Source: an uncultured Actinomycetota bacterium (GTDB taxonomy: Bacteria > Actinomycetota > Actinomycetes > JACCUZ01). Taken from it: DNA of 64,000 nt. A program made the translations under genes and the position numbers. Shown one piece after another: positions 9,650-19,091 of this stretch (within the stretch, counting starts at the first letter, position 1; each line of letters starts with the position of its first letter). The stretch is from the NCBI GenBank assembly GCA_963697675.1, contig CAVOOW010000006.1, forward strand, positions 1,203,518-1,267,517, read 5' to 3'. The notes below the pieces were generated by a model that made no database searches, was not told the origin of the DNA, and saw only the letters and a program-made list of their open reading frames with translations.

Positions 9650-10033
9650 ATGGTCGACACGACACATCCCAGCGCCATCGACTGCCTGCTCGTCGCCGTC
9701 CGCGCCGGCCTGGACCGGGTCCAGCCAGCCGAGCTCGCCGACGCGATGGCGGCCGGCGCCATCGTCGTGGATATCCGCCCGGTCGAGCAGCGCCACCGCG
9801 ACGGTACTCTGCCCGGTGCGTTGGTCATCGACCGCAACGTCCTCGAGTGGCGACTGGACCCGAGCAGCCCGCACCGCATCCCCGAGGCGACCAACGCAGA
9901 GCGGCGGATCATCGTGGTTTGCAACGAGGGGTTCAGCTCCAGCCTGGCCGCTGCCACGCTGCGCCAACTCGGCCTGCCGCACGCCACCGACCTTGACGGC
10001 GGCTTCCAGGCGTGGCGGCGCACCGTTCCGTAG
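9650..10033 (+). CDS. rhodanese-like sulfurtransferase (single domain, active-site Cys)
   Basis: IVVCNEGFSSS active-site loop; GGAGGA SD before the ATG at 9650. Confidence 0.7.
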   Translation: MVDTTHPSAIDCLLVAVRAGLDRVQPAELADAMAAGAIVVDIRPVEQRHRDGTLPGALVIDRNVLEWRLDPSSPHRIPEATNAERRIIVVCNEGFSSSLAAATLRQLGLPHATDLDGGFQAWRRTVP

Positions 10034-10058
10034 ATGTGCCATAGCGGCGAGGGCCCAG

Positions 10059-10826
10059 CTACAGCGTCTGGCCGCCGTCAGCGACCAGAGCGTGCCCGGT
10101 GACGAAGGAGGCTGCGTCGGAGCACAGCCAAAGGACAGCTGCGGCGATTTCGTCGGGCTTGCCCATGCGGCCGATCGGTTCTTGGGCGATCACCTTGTCG
10201 CGCCCTTCGGCGGTGTCGCCGGTGAAGCGGTCCATCATTTCGGTGTCGATGATGCCGGGACAGATGGCGTTGATCCGGATACCTGACGTCGCGTAGTCGA
10301 GTGCGGCGTCCTTGGTCAGCCCGACCACGCCATGTTTCGCGGCGGCATATGCGGCGCCGCGTCCAAAGACCTTGATCCCGGCGCCGGAGGAGGTGTTCAC
10401 GATCGAGCCTCCGCCGTGTTGCAGCATCAGCGGGATCTCATACTTCATGCACAGAAAGACCCCGCGGAGGTTGATGGTGATGATCCGGTCCCATTCCTCC
10501 TCGGTGATGTCGGCGGTCGGCTTTGGCTGCTGTTCGGCGCCGGCGTTGTTGAAGGCGTAGTCCAGATGCCCGAAGACCTCGACTGTCTGGTTCAGCGCGG
10601 CCCGGACATCCTCGCCGCGGGTCACGTCGCAGCGAACGGCGAGGGCCTGGCCGCCGAGGTCCTCGATCATGCGGGCGGTCTCTTGGTTGCCGTGCTCGTC
10701 GATGTCCGCGACCACGGTGTTGACGCCTTCGCGGGCGAAGGTCAGTGCGGTGGCACGGCCGATACCGCTGGCGGCGCCGGTCAAGAACACGACCTTGCCG
10801 TCGAGGTTTCCGTTCGTGGCAGTCAT
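10059..10826 (-). CDS. SDR family oxidoreductase
   Basis: [10 protein letters not shown] Rossmann motif and NAG / YxxxK pattern; 255 aa. Confidence 0.8.
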   Translation of the reverse strand: MTATNGNLDGKVVFLTGAASGIGRATALTFAREGVNTVVADIDEHGNQETARMIEDLGGQALAVRCDVTRGEDVRAALNQTVEVFGHLDYAFNNAGAEQQPKPTADITEEEWDRIITINLRGVFLCMKYEIPLMLQHGGGSIVNTSSGAGIKVFGRGAAYAAAKHGVVGLTKDAALDYATSGIRINAICPGIIDTEMMDRFTGDTAEGRDKVIAQEPIGRMGKPDEIAAAVLWLCSDAASFVTGHALVADGGQTL

Positions 10827-10851
10827 CTGCGCTCTCCTGTCTTTGTCAGCA

Positions 10852-11885
10852 CGGGTTCACGGGCGGAGAAGGACCTTGATCGCCTGCCGGGAGTCCATGG
10901 CCTGGTAGCCGGCGGCGGCGCTGCTCGAGCGGCAGCTCCAGGTCGAAGACCCGGCCGGGACGGATGCGTCGGTTCCAGATCCGGTCCATCAGGTCGGGCA
11001 GGAAGCGGCGGACCGGGGCGGGGCCGCCGTGCAGGTGGACGTGGGAGAAGAACAGCTCCTCACCGGCCAGGGACACGTCGTGGGTGACGCCGACGTAGCC
11101 GACGTGCCCGCCGGGGCGGGTGGCATCGGATGGCCTGCATCATCGATTCCTGGGTGCCGACGGCCTCGATCACCGAGTGCGCGCCGAGCCCGTTGGTGAG
11201 GTCCTTGATCGCCTCCACGCCGGCGTCGCCGCGTTCGATCACGATGTCGGTGGCGCCGAACTCCAGCGCGAGTTGCTGGCGCGGCTCGTGTCGGCTCATC
11301 GCGATGATCCGTTCCGCGCCGAGCTGTTGGGCGGCCAGCACCCCGAGCAGCCCGACCGCGCCGTCACCGACGACGGCGACGGTCTTGCCCGGGCCGGCTT
11401 CGGCGGCGACGGCGGCGAACCAGCCGGTGCCGAGGACGTCGGAGGCGGCCAGGAAGTCCGGGACCAGGTCATCGTCGGGGACCTCGGGGGTGGCGACCAG
11501 GGTGCCGTCGGCCAGCGGCACCCGCATCCGCTGCGCCTGGGCGCCGTCCGGGGCGGCGGGCTCGCGGTGGACGCAGGAGGTGTGGTAGCCGGCGCGGCAG
11601 ATCTCGCAGGTGTTGTCGGAGGCGAAGAACGAGCCGACCACGAACTGGCCGGGCCGAATCGTGGTGACCGCGGATCCGACCTCTTCCACGATGCCGGCGT
11701 ACTCGTGTCCCATCGGCGAGGGCTCGGTCGATCGGGTCCGACGCCCCGGTAGGGCCACAGGTCCGACCCGCAGATGCAGGTCGCCGACAGCCGGATGACC
11801 GCATCCGTCGGCGCCAGGATCGTCGGCTCCGGTCGGTCCTCGACCCGGACATCGCCGGGGGCGTACAGGACAGCTACTCGCATGA
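10852..11885 (-). pseudogene. Zn-dependent alcohol dehydrogenase (formaldehyde-dehydrogenase-like), at least 3 frameshifts
   Basis: N-terminus MRVAVLYAPGDVRVEDRPEP...CICGSDLWPYRG in one frame, GHEYAGIVEEVG...core in a second, C-terminus ELFFSHVHLHGGPAPVRR...LELPLEQ in a third, then AAAGYQAMDSRQAIKVLLRP* in a fourth. Confidence 0.6.
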
Positions 11886-11947
11886 TCAGGTGTCTCCTTA
11901 GATGCCGTGAGGAATCTGCGCCGGGGACGCTCAGCCCGAGCGTCGGG

Positions 11948-12498
11948 TCACGATTCGGTTGGGTCAGCCACGTTGATCCAGACCGTGAACTGGTTCCCGG
12001 CGGAGGCGATCTTGTCCAACCCACGATCCACCGATCCGAGCCGGACCAGGCCCGGCGGCGGGACGGACTGGCCGAGGTCGTCGTAGAAGATGGCGATGTC
12101 GCCGGTCGGCGGCCAGTAGTAGATGCCGGCCAACGTCGGGATCGATGACCCGGCTCGGCGCCGGATGCGTCGATCCGGTAGGGCAGTCGCCCGGACTTTG
12201 CCTGTCCCATCGGGTCGTGCAGAGTCAGGCTCAGCGGCAGCATCGCGGCGAACTCGCGCGCTGCTGGCGTGCCGTCCAGGGTTGCTGTCGCGAGCTCGTC
12301 GCCGACCCGCAGCACGACCCGCGCGGAGCCGGTCGAGGCTGCCGGATGCGCGTGCGACGCGTGCGCGGCGGTCGGTCGCGGCGATCGTCGAGCCGGACTG
12401 CCGAGCTCGGCAGCCGAGCAGCCGGTCAGCACGGCGGCCAGCGACGCGGCAGACGACGGCGGCGCCGACCGGCGACGGGAGCGGAGTCGGGATGTCAA
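11948..12498 (-). pseudogene. cyclophilin-like fold lipoprotein, frameshifted
   Basis: N-terminal lipobox-like LTGCS and VVLRVGDELATATLDGTPAAREF in one frame; C-terminal GIYYWPPTGDIAIFYDD...VWINVADP in another. Confidence 0.5.
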
Positions 12499-12610
12499 TG
12501 TTCATGTCCCCAAGTAAAGCCGCGCCAAACGCGCTGAGAAAGTCACTGTTGATGGGTGTACTGACAGGGCATCGCTCACCACCGGTACACGCCTCGTACT
12601 GTCGATCGAC

Positions 12611-13507
12611 GTGGACAACCGAACCGAAGTCCGCGAGTTCCTCACCTCGCGGCGAGCCAAGATCACTCCCGAGCAGGCCCAGGTACCTCAGGCCGGGACA
12701 ACGCCGCGTCCCCGGGCTACGGCGCAGCGAGGTCGCCGCCCTGGCCGGGATGAGCGTCGAGTACTACGCCAAGCTGGAACGCGGCACGCTTGGCGGTGTC
12801 TCGGCCGGCGTCCTCGACGCGATCGCCCGCGCCCTGCAGCTCGACGACGCCGAACGGGCCCACCTGTTCCACCTCGCCCACGCCGCCGACGGCACCACCG
12901 CCGCCATGCGGCCCCGCCGCCGCACCGCAACGCAGTGGACGGTCACGGCCGAGCCTGCAATGGACCCTCGACTCCATCACCACCGGACCGGCGATCGTCG
13001 GGAACAACAGGTCTGACCTGCTCGCCACCAACCACCTCGGCCGCGCGCTGTACGCCGACCTCTACGCCGACCCGACCAAGCCACCGAACTTCGCCCGGTT
13101 CACGTTCCTCGACACCGCCGCCCACCGGTTCTACCCCAACTGGGACCTCGCCGCCGACATGACCGTCGCCAACCTGCGCACCGCGGCCGGCCAGGACCCG
13201 CACGACAAGGGCCTCCACGACCTGGTCGGCGAGCTGTCCACCCGCAGCGACGAGTTCCGCCGCCGCTGGGGCTCCCACAACGTCCGCACCCACGGCAGCC
13301 GGCACCAAAGCACTTCCACCACCACGTCGTCGGCGACCTCACCCTCGCCTACGAAAGCCTCGACCTCAGAGCCGAACCCGGCCTCACCATGACCATCTAC
13401 ACCGCCGAACCCGACTCACCCACCGCCCACGCACTCGCCCTGCTCGCCTCCTGGGCCGCCACCCAAGAACTCGCCCCGTCCGAGCGCAGCGAACCTCTGC
13501 GCAGCTA
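12611..13507 (+). pseudogene. XRE-family HTH transcriptional regulator (Streptomyces-type, ~290 aa), multiple frameshifts
   Basis: MDNRTEVREFLTSRRAKITPEQA, then RVPGLRRSEVAALAGMSVEYYAKLERG, then ...LATNHLGRALYADLY...HDKGLHDLVGELS, then ...HFHHHVVGDLTLAYESLDL... spread over three frames. Confidence 0.55.
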
Positions 13508-13680
13508 ATGGGGCGACAAGACCCGGGCGATCGAATGTGATGTCGCCGCCGTCGCGGATATGCGGCCGACGGTGCCCGGAGCCGATACTTCCGCTGGCGG
13601 CCGTGGCGATCCGCGCCAGCGCGACAGATCTGAGGGGCGCCAGATTACCGCTCGCCGACGTGGGGCCGCTAACGCCGCGA

Positions 13681-14760
13681 TCAGTGTCGGTCGACTAACA
13701 GGACTTCGATGGCGTTGTTTCCGTAGCCCAGCCGGTTCCACGGTGGGACGTCGGGCTGTACGTTGCCGGCGGCGTCGGTCGCCCGGGCGCGCAGGGTGTG
13801 GCGTCCGACGTCGTTGCTGTCCCAGACGAACGACCAGTCCTGCCACTGGTAGGGACCCTTTGGCGGGTCCAGCTGCGCGGGGTGCCAGTCCCCTTCGCCG
13901 GTGAGGCTGATGTCGACCTGCGTGACGGGCCCGGTGCCTGACCAGGCTTTTCCACGAACCGTGTAGGGCCCGAGGGGAAGGATGGCGCCGGGAGCGGGGT
14001 CTGTGATGCGGGCACGCACGCGCATGAGGCGCACGGCCTCGTGCGGGCGATCCGGCCACTGGTAGATGTAGTGGCCGGTCTGGAACTCGCCGGTGTAGGC
14101 CTCGGTCAGCACGTCGATCCGCCTCAGCCACTTCACCGAGGCGACGGCATACCAGTGGGGCACGATGAGCCGGAACGGGGCGCCGTGATCGGGCCTGAGC
14201 GGTTCGCCGTTCATCTCGTAGGCGATCAGGATGGCCGATGACGGATCGCTTGCTTCGGAAAGCGGCAACGCGCGGACGAAGGTGAGGTCGTTCTGATTGG
14301 TCTCCGGGAGGATCGCCTGAAGGTGGTACGAGCCGTGATCGGCACCTTCGAACCGGACGTCAACACCCTGGGTCGCTGGCTGCGCTAGCGCGAGTACGTC
14401 GCTCAGCAGGGCGCCGGTCCAACGTGCCGTCGACACGGCGTAGTCGCCCCACGGTTCCCCGGTCGGAAGCGGTCTCATGTCCAGGCGTCCGTTGCCTGCA
14501 CACTCCAGCGTGACCGCCTCATCGTTGGCCGGCAGCGCGCGCAGGTCATCGAGGGTGAGGGTCGTGGGGTTGCCCACGGCACCGCCGATTTCCAAGGTGC
14601 CGTCGTGCGTGGGCAACGCGAAGTTGCTGCGGACGTAGTGAAAGTCGGTGGGGGTGATGTCCCCGACCAGGGCTTGGGGCGGTGCCTCGGCGTTGTAGGG
14701 GGCGGGATTGATCATCTCTAGTGCGGCGCGTGCCGACTCCAGATCGCCTGCGACGGTCAT
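13681..14760 (-). CDS. sulfite-oxidase-family molybdopterin oxidoreductase
   Basis: Oxidoreductase molybdopterin-binding domain plus Mo-cofactor dimerisation domain (HYVRSNF...LECAGNGR...PFRLIVPHWYAVASVKWLRRI). Start is the ATG at 14760; the longer ORF upstream is an antisense artefact. Confidence 0.75.
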   Translation of the reverse strand: MTVAGDLESARAALEMINPAPYNAEAPPQALVGDITPTDFHYVRSNFALPTHDGTLEIGGAVGNPTTLTLDDLRALPANDEAVTLECAGNGRLDMRPLPTGEPWGDYAVSTARWTGALLSDVLALAQPATQGVDVRFEGADHGSYHLQAILPETNQNDLTFVRALPLSEASDPSSAILIAYEMNGEPLRPDHGAPFRLIVPHWYAVASVKWLRRIDVLTEAYTGEFQTGHYIYQWPDRPHEAVRLMRVRARITDPAPGAILPLGPYTVRGKAWSGTGPVTQVDISLTGEGDWHPAQLDPPKGPYQWQDWSFVWDSNDVGRHTLRARATDAAGNVQPDVPPWNRLGYGNNAIEVLLVDRH

Positions 14761-14819
14761 GGGCGCTGTCTTCCTCTCGATTGATCGTGGTGTTGATCGT
14801 CGCCGCGGGCGCTGCGGCG

Positions 14820-15686
14820 TCAGAAGTCGGAATCGTCGAAGCTCGGCTCGCGGCCGTCGTTGAAGGCTCCGATTCCTTCGACGCGGTCGGGGTGGACAGC
14901 GGAGCGCCAGTGGGCGTCCATCATGATCGCGATCGCCTGCTCGATCGGTTGCCCTTCGCCGAGGTGGACGGCGCGTTTGACGGACTGCACCGCCGTTGGT
15001 GAGTTGCTGGCGATCTTGTCCGCGATGCGTCGGGCGGCGAGCATGAGCTCGCCGGGGGAGTGGATCTCGTTGACCATGCCGAGGCGGTAGGCCTCCTGCG
15101 CCGGAACTGGGTCGCCGGTCATGAGCATCTGCAGGGCCTTGCCGCGGGGCAGCAGACGCGGCAGCAGAGCCGGTGAGCCGCCGCCGGCAGCCAGGCCGAG
15201 CATGGCTTCGGGTTGGCCGAACGTCGCGGTCTCGGAGGCGATGATGAAGTCGGTGCTCTGAGCCAGCTCGCAACCGCCGCCGTAGGCGATGCCGTTGACC
15301 GCAGCGAAGATCGGCTTGCGCAGCTGTCGCACGGTGTAGAGGGTGCGGTCGAAGGCCTGGCGCTGTCGCAGCCAGTCCTCCTTGGTCATGCTCTTGCGCT
15401 GTCGCAGGTCGCTGCCGACGGAGAAGGCCCGGTCGCCGGCTCCGGTCAGGACCACGACCCGAACGGCGGTGCGCACCGCGATCGTCTCCACGACCTCGGT
15501 CAGCAGGGCGCCCATCTCCGTGGTGATCGCGTTGTCGGCATGCGGTCGGTTGAGCGTGACCACCGCAACCTGGCCGCCCGCGAGGTAGTCGAGGAGTACG
15601 GGAGCCTCGGTCTCGACGACATCTTGAGGGGGCGGTCCGAAATCGAGGGCCGCCCATCGGTCCGTGCCGGATGAGCTCATCGCCAC
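14820..15686 (-). CDS. enoyl-CoA hydratase/isomerase family protein
   Basis: Crotonase-fold motifs (VVLTGAGDRAFSVGSDL, AAVNGIAYGGGCELAQSTDF). Confidence 0.8.
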   Translation of the reverse strand: MAMSSSGTDRWAALDFGPPPQDVVETEAPVLLDYLAGGQVAVVTLNRPHADNAITTEMGALLTEVVETIAVRTAVRVVVLTGAGDRAFSVGSDLRQRKSMTKEDWLRQRQAFDRTLYTVRQLRKPIFAAVNGIAYGGGCELAQSTDFIIASETATFGQPEAMLGLAAGGGSPALLPRLLPRGKALQMLMTGDPVPAQEAYRLGMVNEIHSPGELMLAARRIADKIASNSPTAVQSVKRAVHLGEGQPIEQAIAIMMDAHWRSAVHPDRVEGIGAFNDGREPSFDDSDF

Positions 15687-15714
15687 GCCTTCCTCTCACT
15701 TCGCTGCCGACCGT

Positions 15715-17055
15715 TCATGTGTCCAGCTCCGCTAGCCAGCGCAAGGCCTTCAGACCAGGCGCGAAGAAGTACTCCCCGCCCCGCGTCACCACGAACGGAG
15801 GCAGGTGCTGCAGCCTGCGTCGGATCGGGCGCTGGGGAATCGTGAAACCGCCGGACTCGTCGTTCGGCCCGACGAGGGGGTCCTTCTCGAGTGGGGCACC
15901 GATGAAGATGCCGTCGTTGAGCCACTGAGTCTTGACGAACTCGAACTGTCGCTTGAGATGCGCCCCGGCGAACACGAAGACGATCCCTCGGTCGGCGCCG
16001 TCGTCGTCGAGTGCACCCTGGGGCAGCATGGGCCCGTAGCTCGTTCCACGCCGGATCATGCGGTGCAGCCTGACGTCCACGCTGCCGACCTCGTCCATGG
16101 CGTCACGTGGGTTGGCGCGCCGCGCATGGGCACCCACGGGGCACTTGAACCCGCGCGGGTCATCAGCGAAGACGAAGTCGTTGTTCCGCTGCGCGTCGGC
16201 ACCGAGATCGGGGTCATCGTGCTCGGGTGCGAGGGCGAGCGGGGCCCCGCTCTGCCAGCGCCCGACCATCTTCGCGCCGAGCAGATCCTCCTCGTCTCGG
16301 CTTGCCGCCCGGTCGCGCAGGTAGCCGCGGTAGGCCGCCACCTTCGTGTGCAGCTTCCGCAAGACGACGTACGTGCCGTTACGACCCAGAACCTCCGGCG
16401 TCGGCATGGGAGGCAGCTCACCGGTCTCATCCGGGTAGCCCAGGATGATCTCACCGGCCTTGAGGGGCTGCTCCCGCGGACTCCTGGAGGGCCTACCGCT
16501 TCCTTCGACCGCAGGCTGGCCGATGCCGTCCTTGAAACCGAAGGAGGTCCGTCCAGTGGCAAGCTGGTAGCAGTCCTGGCGCCAGATCACCTCCACCCCC
16601 GGCAGCTCACGATGGGCCTCCCGCGCCCTTTCTGCGGCAGCGTGAAGCCGAGCAGCGTCAGAGGAGAGGACCGCGATGGCCACGTGAACGTCGGCACTGC
16701 CGAGCGGTGCCTCCCAGCGTTCCGGGGCGCTGGCTCCCACGTCGCCGAGCAGGCCGGCGCGCGCCGCCATTCCTTCACGGAACTCGGGGGCGAAGCTCTC
16801 CAGTGACGTTTGCGGGACCCCGAGCGCCTCGAGGCCGTGGTAGGTGAACCCCACGGTGACCGACGTGTCGTCGCTGCCATGAGACGCCCGTGAAGTGCTG
16901 GCGATCCGATGCAAACTCCGGACGAGCTCGCGGCCATCGGTCCGATCCGCGATGCGCAACAACAGGTACCTGCCGACGTAAGGCGAGGGACGCTCGAACA
17001 GCGCACCAGCCTGGATGTCGTCGAGCTCAAGGTGGGGAACGGTCGCCTCGGTCAT
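15715..17055 (-). CDS. Dyp-type peroxidase
   Basis: FGFKDGIGQP motif with a GxxDG heme pocket; ATG at 17055 preceded by GGAGG. Confidence 0.75.
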   Translation of the reverse strand: MTEATVPHLELDDIQAGALFERPSPYVGRYLLLRIADRTDGRELVRSLHRIASTSRASHGSDDTSVTVGFTYHGLEALGVPQTSLESFAPEFREGMAARAGLLGDVGASAPERWEAPLGSADVHVAIAVLSSDAARLHAAAERAREAHRELPGVEVIWRQDCYQLATGRTSFGFKDGIGQPAVEGSGRPSRSPREQPLKAGEIILGYPDETGELPPMPTPEVLGRNGTYVVLRKLHTKVAAYRGYLRDRAASRDEEDLLGAKMVGRWQSGAPLALAPEHDDPDLGADAQRNNDFVFADDPRGFKCPVGAHARRANPRDAMDEVGSVDVRLHRMIRRGTSYGPMLPQGALDDDGADRGIVFVFAGAHLKRQFEFVKTQWLNDGIFIGAPLEKDPLVGPNDESGGFTIPQRPIRRRLQHLPPFVVTRGGEYFFAPGLKALRWLAELDT

Positions 17056-17077
17056 GGCCTCCGTGTGCCTTCCGTCG

Positions 17078-18208
17078 CTAGTGGTGCTCAGGGGGCTCGG
17101 GCGGGTGCGGGTTGGGCGCCGCCAGGTACGGGAACGTGTCCGTGGCCGGCCGGGTAGCGGAGTCGACGCCATCCCGGATCGTGGGGCCATGTCCAGAGTT
17201 GACGAGCTGGGTGAAGATCGTGTCCATGACGTCGTCGTTCAAGGCCCGTCCTCCGCACGTCTGGTGCGGGTGACCGCGGCGGGCCGCGAGCTCGATCTCG
17301 AGGAACGAGCCTCGTTCGAGATAGGGCTTTGTGACGTCGACGACGAGGAAGTCGGCGAGGACCAGGTCCGTCAACGGATGGTTGCCGTTCTCGTCCGTGG
17401 GCCAGTCCACGTTTCCGTCCAGGCCGTCCCAGAAGGCAAGGTTGGCGTTCAGACGCGCGCGGTAGGCACCCTCATAGGCGTCGCCGAGGTGGAACGCGTC
17501 CTCCATGTTGTACAGGTCGCGGATCTCCAGGTCCCGGTTCACCGGGTCGAACTCCTTCGGCGCGAGCATCATGTTCTTCACCTCGGGTCTGCCGACGCGC
17601 TCGATCCGAACATTGAGCTTCCCTCGCGTGAGCGTCTCGGCGACGACACCCACGAGGCTGGCGCCACCAAGGAGCCGTGAGTCCATCTCGATGACGACAC
17701 TCAGCACGTTCTTGCCGTCCAGGAAGATCGAGCCGGGGTCGGTGAACGCCAGCTCGTGGGTCGCGAGCGTCGTCAGGGCCGCACGTGCATCCATGATGAA
17801 CGGGTCCCACCGGGTGCCGGCGAAGACGCGCATGTGGGCACCGGCACCGCCCCGCGCGTCGTTCACGCGGAACGAGACCGGCTCTCCGGTCGGGGAGGTG
17901 CAAGTGCCTTCCTGGACAGGCACGCCGGCCACGGGATTCGGAGCGGAGAAGACGCAGTCGAGGACGTACTCCTCGTCGCCGGGGACGAACTGCCACGCAT
18001 GACCGTCCGTCGGCGGTCGGCTGAGTGGTCGCAGCCGGAAGCGGTACAGGAGCCCCTCCGAGAACAGGTCGGAGGGCTTGGCCATCGGAAGCGTGTTCAC
18101 GACAAGCACGAGACGATCCGCCTGCTCAGGGCTCGGGAACGCATACACGTCAGTGATGTCCGCGATCGGGTCGGCGAGGGCGCGCGGCCCTGAGATGTGG
18201 TCCGACAT
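17078..18208 (-). CDS. DUF4331-like hypothetical protein
   Basis: N-terminus MSDHISGPRALADPIADITDVYAFPSP recalled as DUF4331-family. Lies 22 nt upstream of the DyP gene, suggesting an operon. Confidence 0.5.
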   Translation of the reverse strand: MSDHISGPRALADPIADITDVYAFPSPEQADRLVLVVNTLPMAKPSDLFSEGLLYRFRLRPLSRPPTDGHAWQFVPGDEEYVLDCVFSAPNPVAGVPVQEGTCTSPTGEPVSFRVNDARGGAGAHMRVFAGTRWDPFIMDARAALTTLATHELAFTDPGSIFLDGKNVLSVVIEMDSRLLGGASLVGVVAETLTRGKLNVRIERVGRPEVKNMMLAPKEFDPVNRDLEIRDLYNMEDAFHLGDAYEGAYRARLNANLAFWDGLDGNVDWPTDENGNHPLTDLVLADFLVVDVTKPYLERGSFLEIELAARRGHPHQTCGGRALNDDVMDTIFTQLVNSGHGPTIRDGVDSATRPATDTFPYLAAPNPHPPEPPEHH

Positions 18209-18238
18209 CGGACGTGCTCCCTGTCCCTACCACCCGTC

Positions 18239-18787
18239 CTAGTCGCCGGCCTCGTCGAGCAGCGGCCGCATCGCTGGATGCTCGAGGAGCTCGGCGGCCG
18301 CTGGATGGTCGAGAACCTGCTGGAACGCCGCGTTCACGCGTTGGGCCTTTCGGATCTCCAGGACCGTGCCGCCGTAGTTCCGGGCGTATGCGCCTGCCGT
18401 CTGCTCGGCGTCCAGGATGAACTTCTTGAGGGCGGCCAGGTCCGGCAGCCCGTCATAGCCGTTCACGTGGCGGAAGATGACGTCGAACAGGGCGAGAGTC
18501 GCCCCGGAGGAGAAGAAGTCCTCCATGTACGCATCCCAGGGGCCGTCGAAGCTGGTGATGAACGCGAGACGGGTGTCCTCGTCGAAGAGGATGAAGCGCG
18601 CCTCGTGAATCGTCTGGACGGCCATCCCGTAGTCGCCGGGCCGGTAACCAGGAGTGTCCTGCAGGTCCTGGAGCGCGCTCCGCAGCGACGGTCCCTGACC
18701 GGGCTTCACATGGAAGAACAAGCTGAACTCGCTGGTGGGACCGACGCTCAACCCCGGGTGAGACGATCCCGACACGGACCCGACCAT
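18239..18787 (-). CDS. hypothetical protein (first gene of the minus-strand operon)
   Basis: 182 aa from the ATG at 18787, with GGAGG 5 nt upstream; no recognisable motif. Confidence 0.45.
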   Translation of the reverse strand: MVGSVSGSSHPGLSVGPTSEFSLFFHVKPGQGPSLRSALQDLQDTPGYRPGDYGMAVQTIHEARFILFDEDTRLAFITSFDGPWDAYMEDFFSSGATLALFDVIFRHVNGYDGLPDLAALKKFILDAEQTAGAYARNYGGTVLEIRKAQRVNAAFQQVLDHPAAAELLEHPAMRPLLDEAGD

Positions 18788-19044
18788 CGGTGCCTCCAAG
18801 GGGATTAGTGAACGCGCCGCCTGAACGGGGGGCGTGCCCGAACGAGTCCGCTTGCCGGTTCCGGAACGCGCTCTAAGCGGAACGAAACCTATGCTCCGCC
18901 GAACCGCCGCACCTCATCCGCTCCGGGTGAAGCAAGTCCACACGGTCAGCCGCGTGGGCCGACACATAAGCGCGATTCAGGGTTGTGACCTGCGGCAATA
19001 GGCGAAAATGCAGGCCATCCGAGGGTGGAGACGACCCCCATGGA

Positions 19045-19076
19045 GGGGCCGTCATCAGGTGCGGGATGACGGCCCC
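19045..19076. terminator. 12-bp perfect GC-rich hairpin (GGGGCCGTCATC...GATGACGGCCCC) followed by TTGCTTGG
   Basis: Inverted repeat read directly from sequence. It lies just 3' of the phosphoesterase gene stop. Confidence 0.5.
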
Positions 19077-19091
19077 TTGCTTGGGATGAGA

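Noticed and set aside
13681-15699. 672-aa single ORF spanning the Mo-enzyme and enoyl-CoA hydratase regions
   Set aside because: Sulfite-oxidase homology starts at the ATG at 14760. The upstream part is an alternate-frame read-through of the crotonase gene, typical of long spurious ORFs in 70% GC DNA.
18209-18241. Same-frame stop between the 182-aa hypothetical gene and the DUF4331 gene as a possible second Sec codon
   Set aside because: The stop is TAG, not TGA, and the DUF4331 gene has its own conserved N-terminus.
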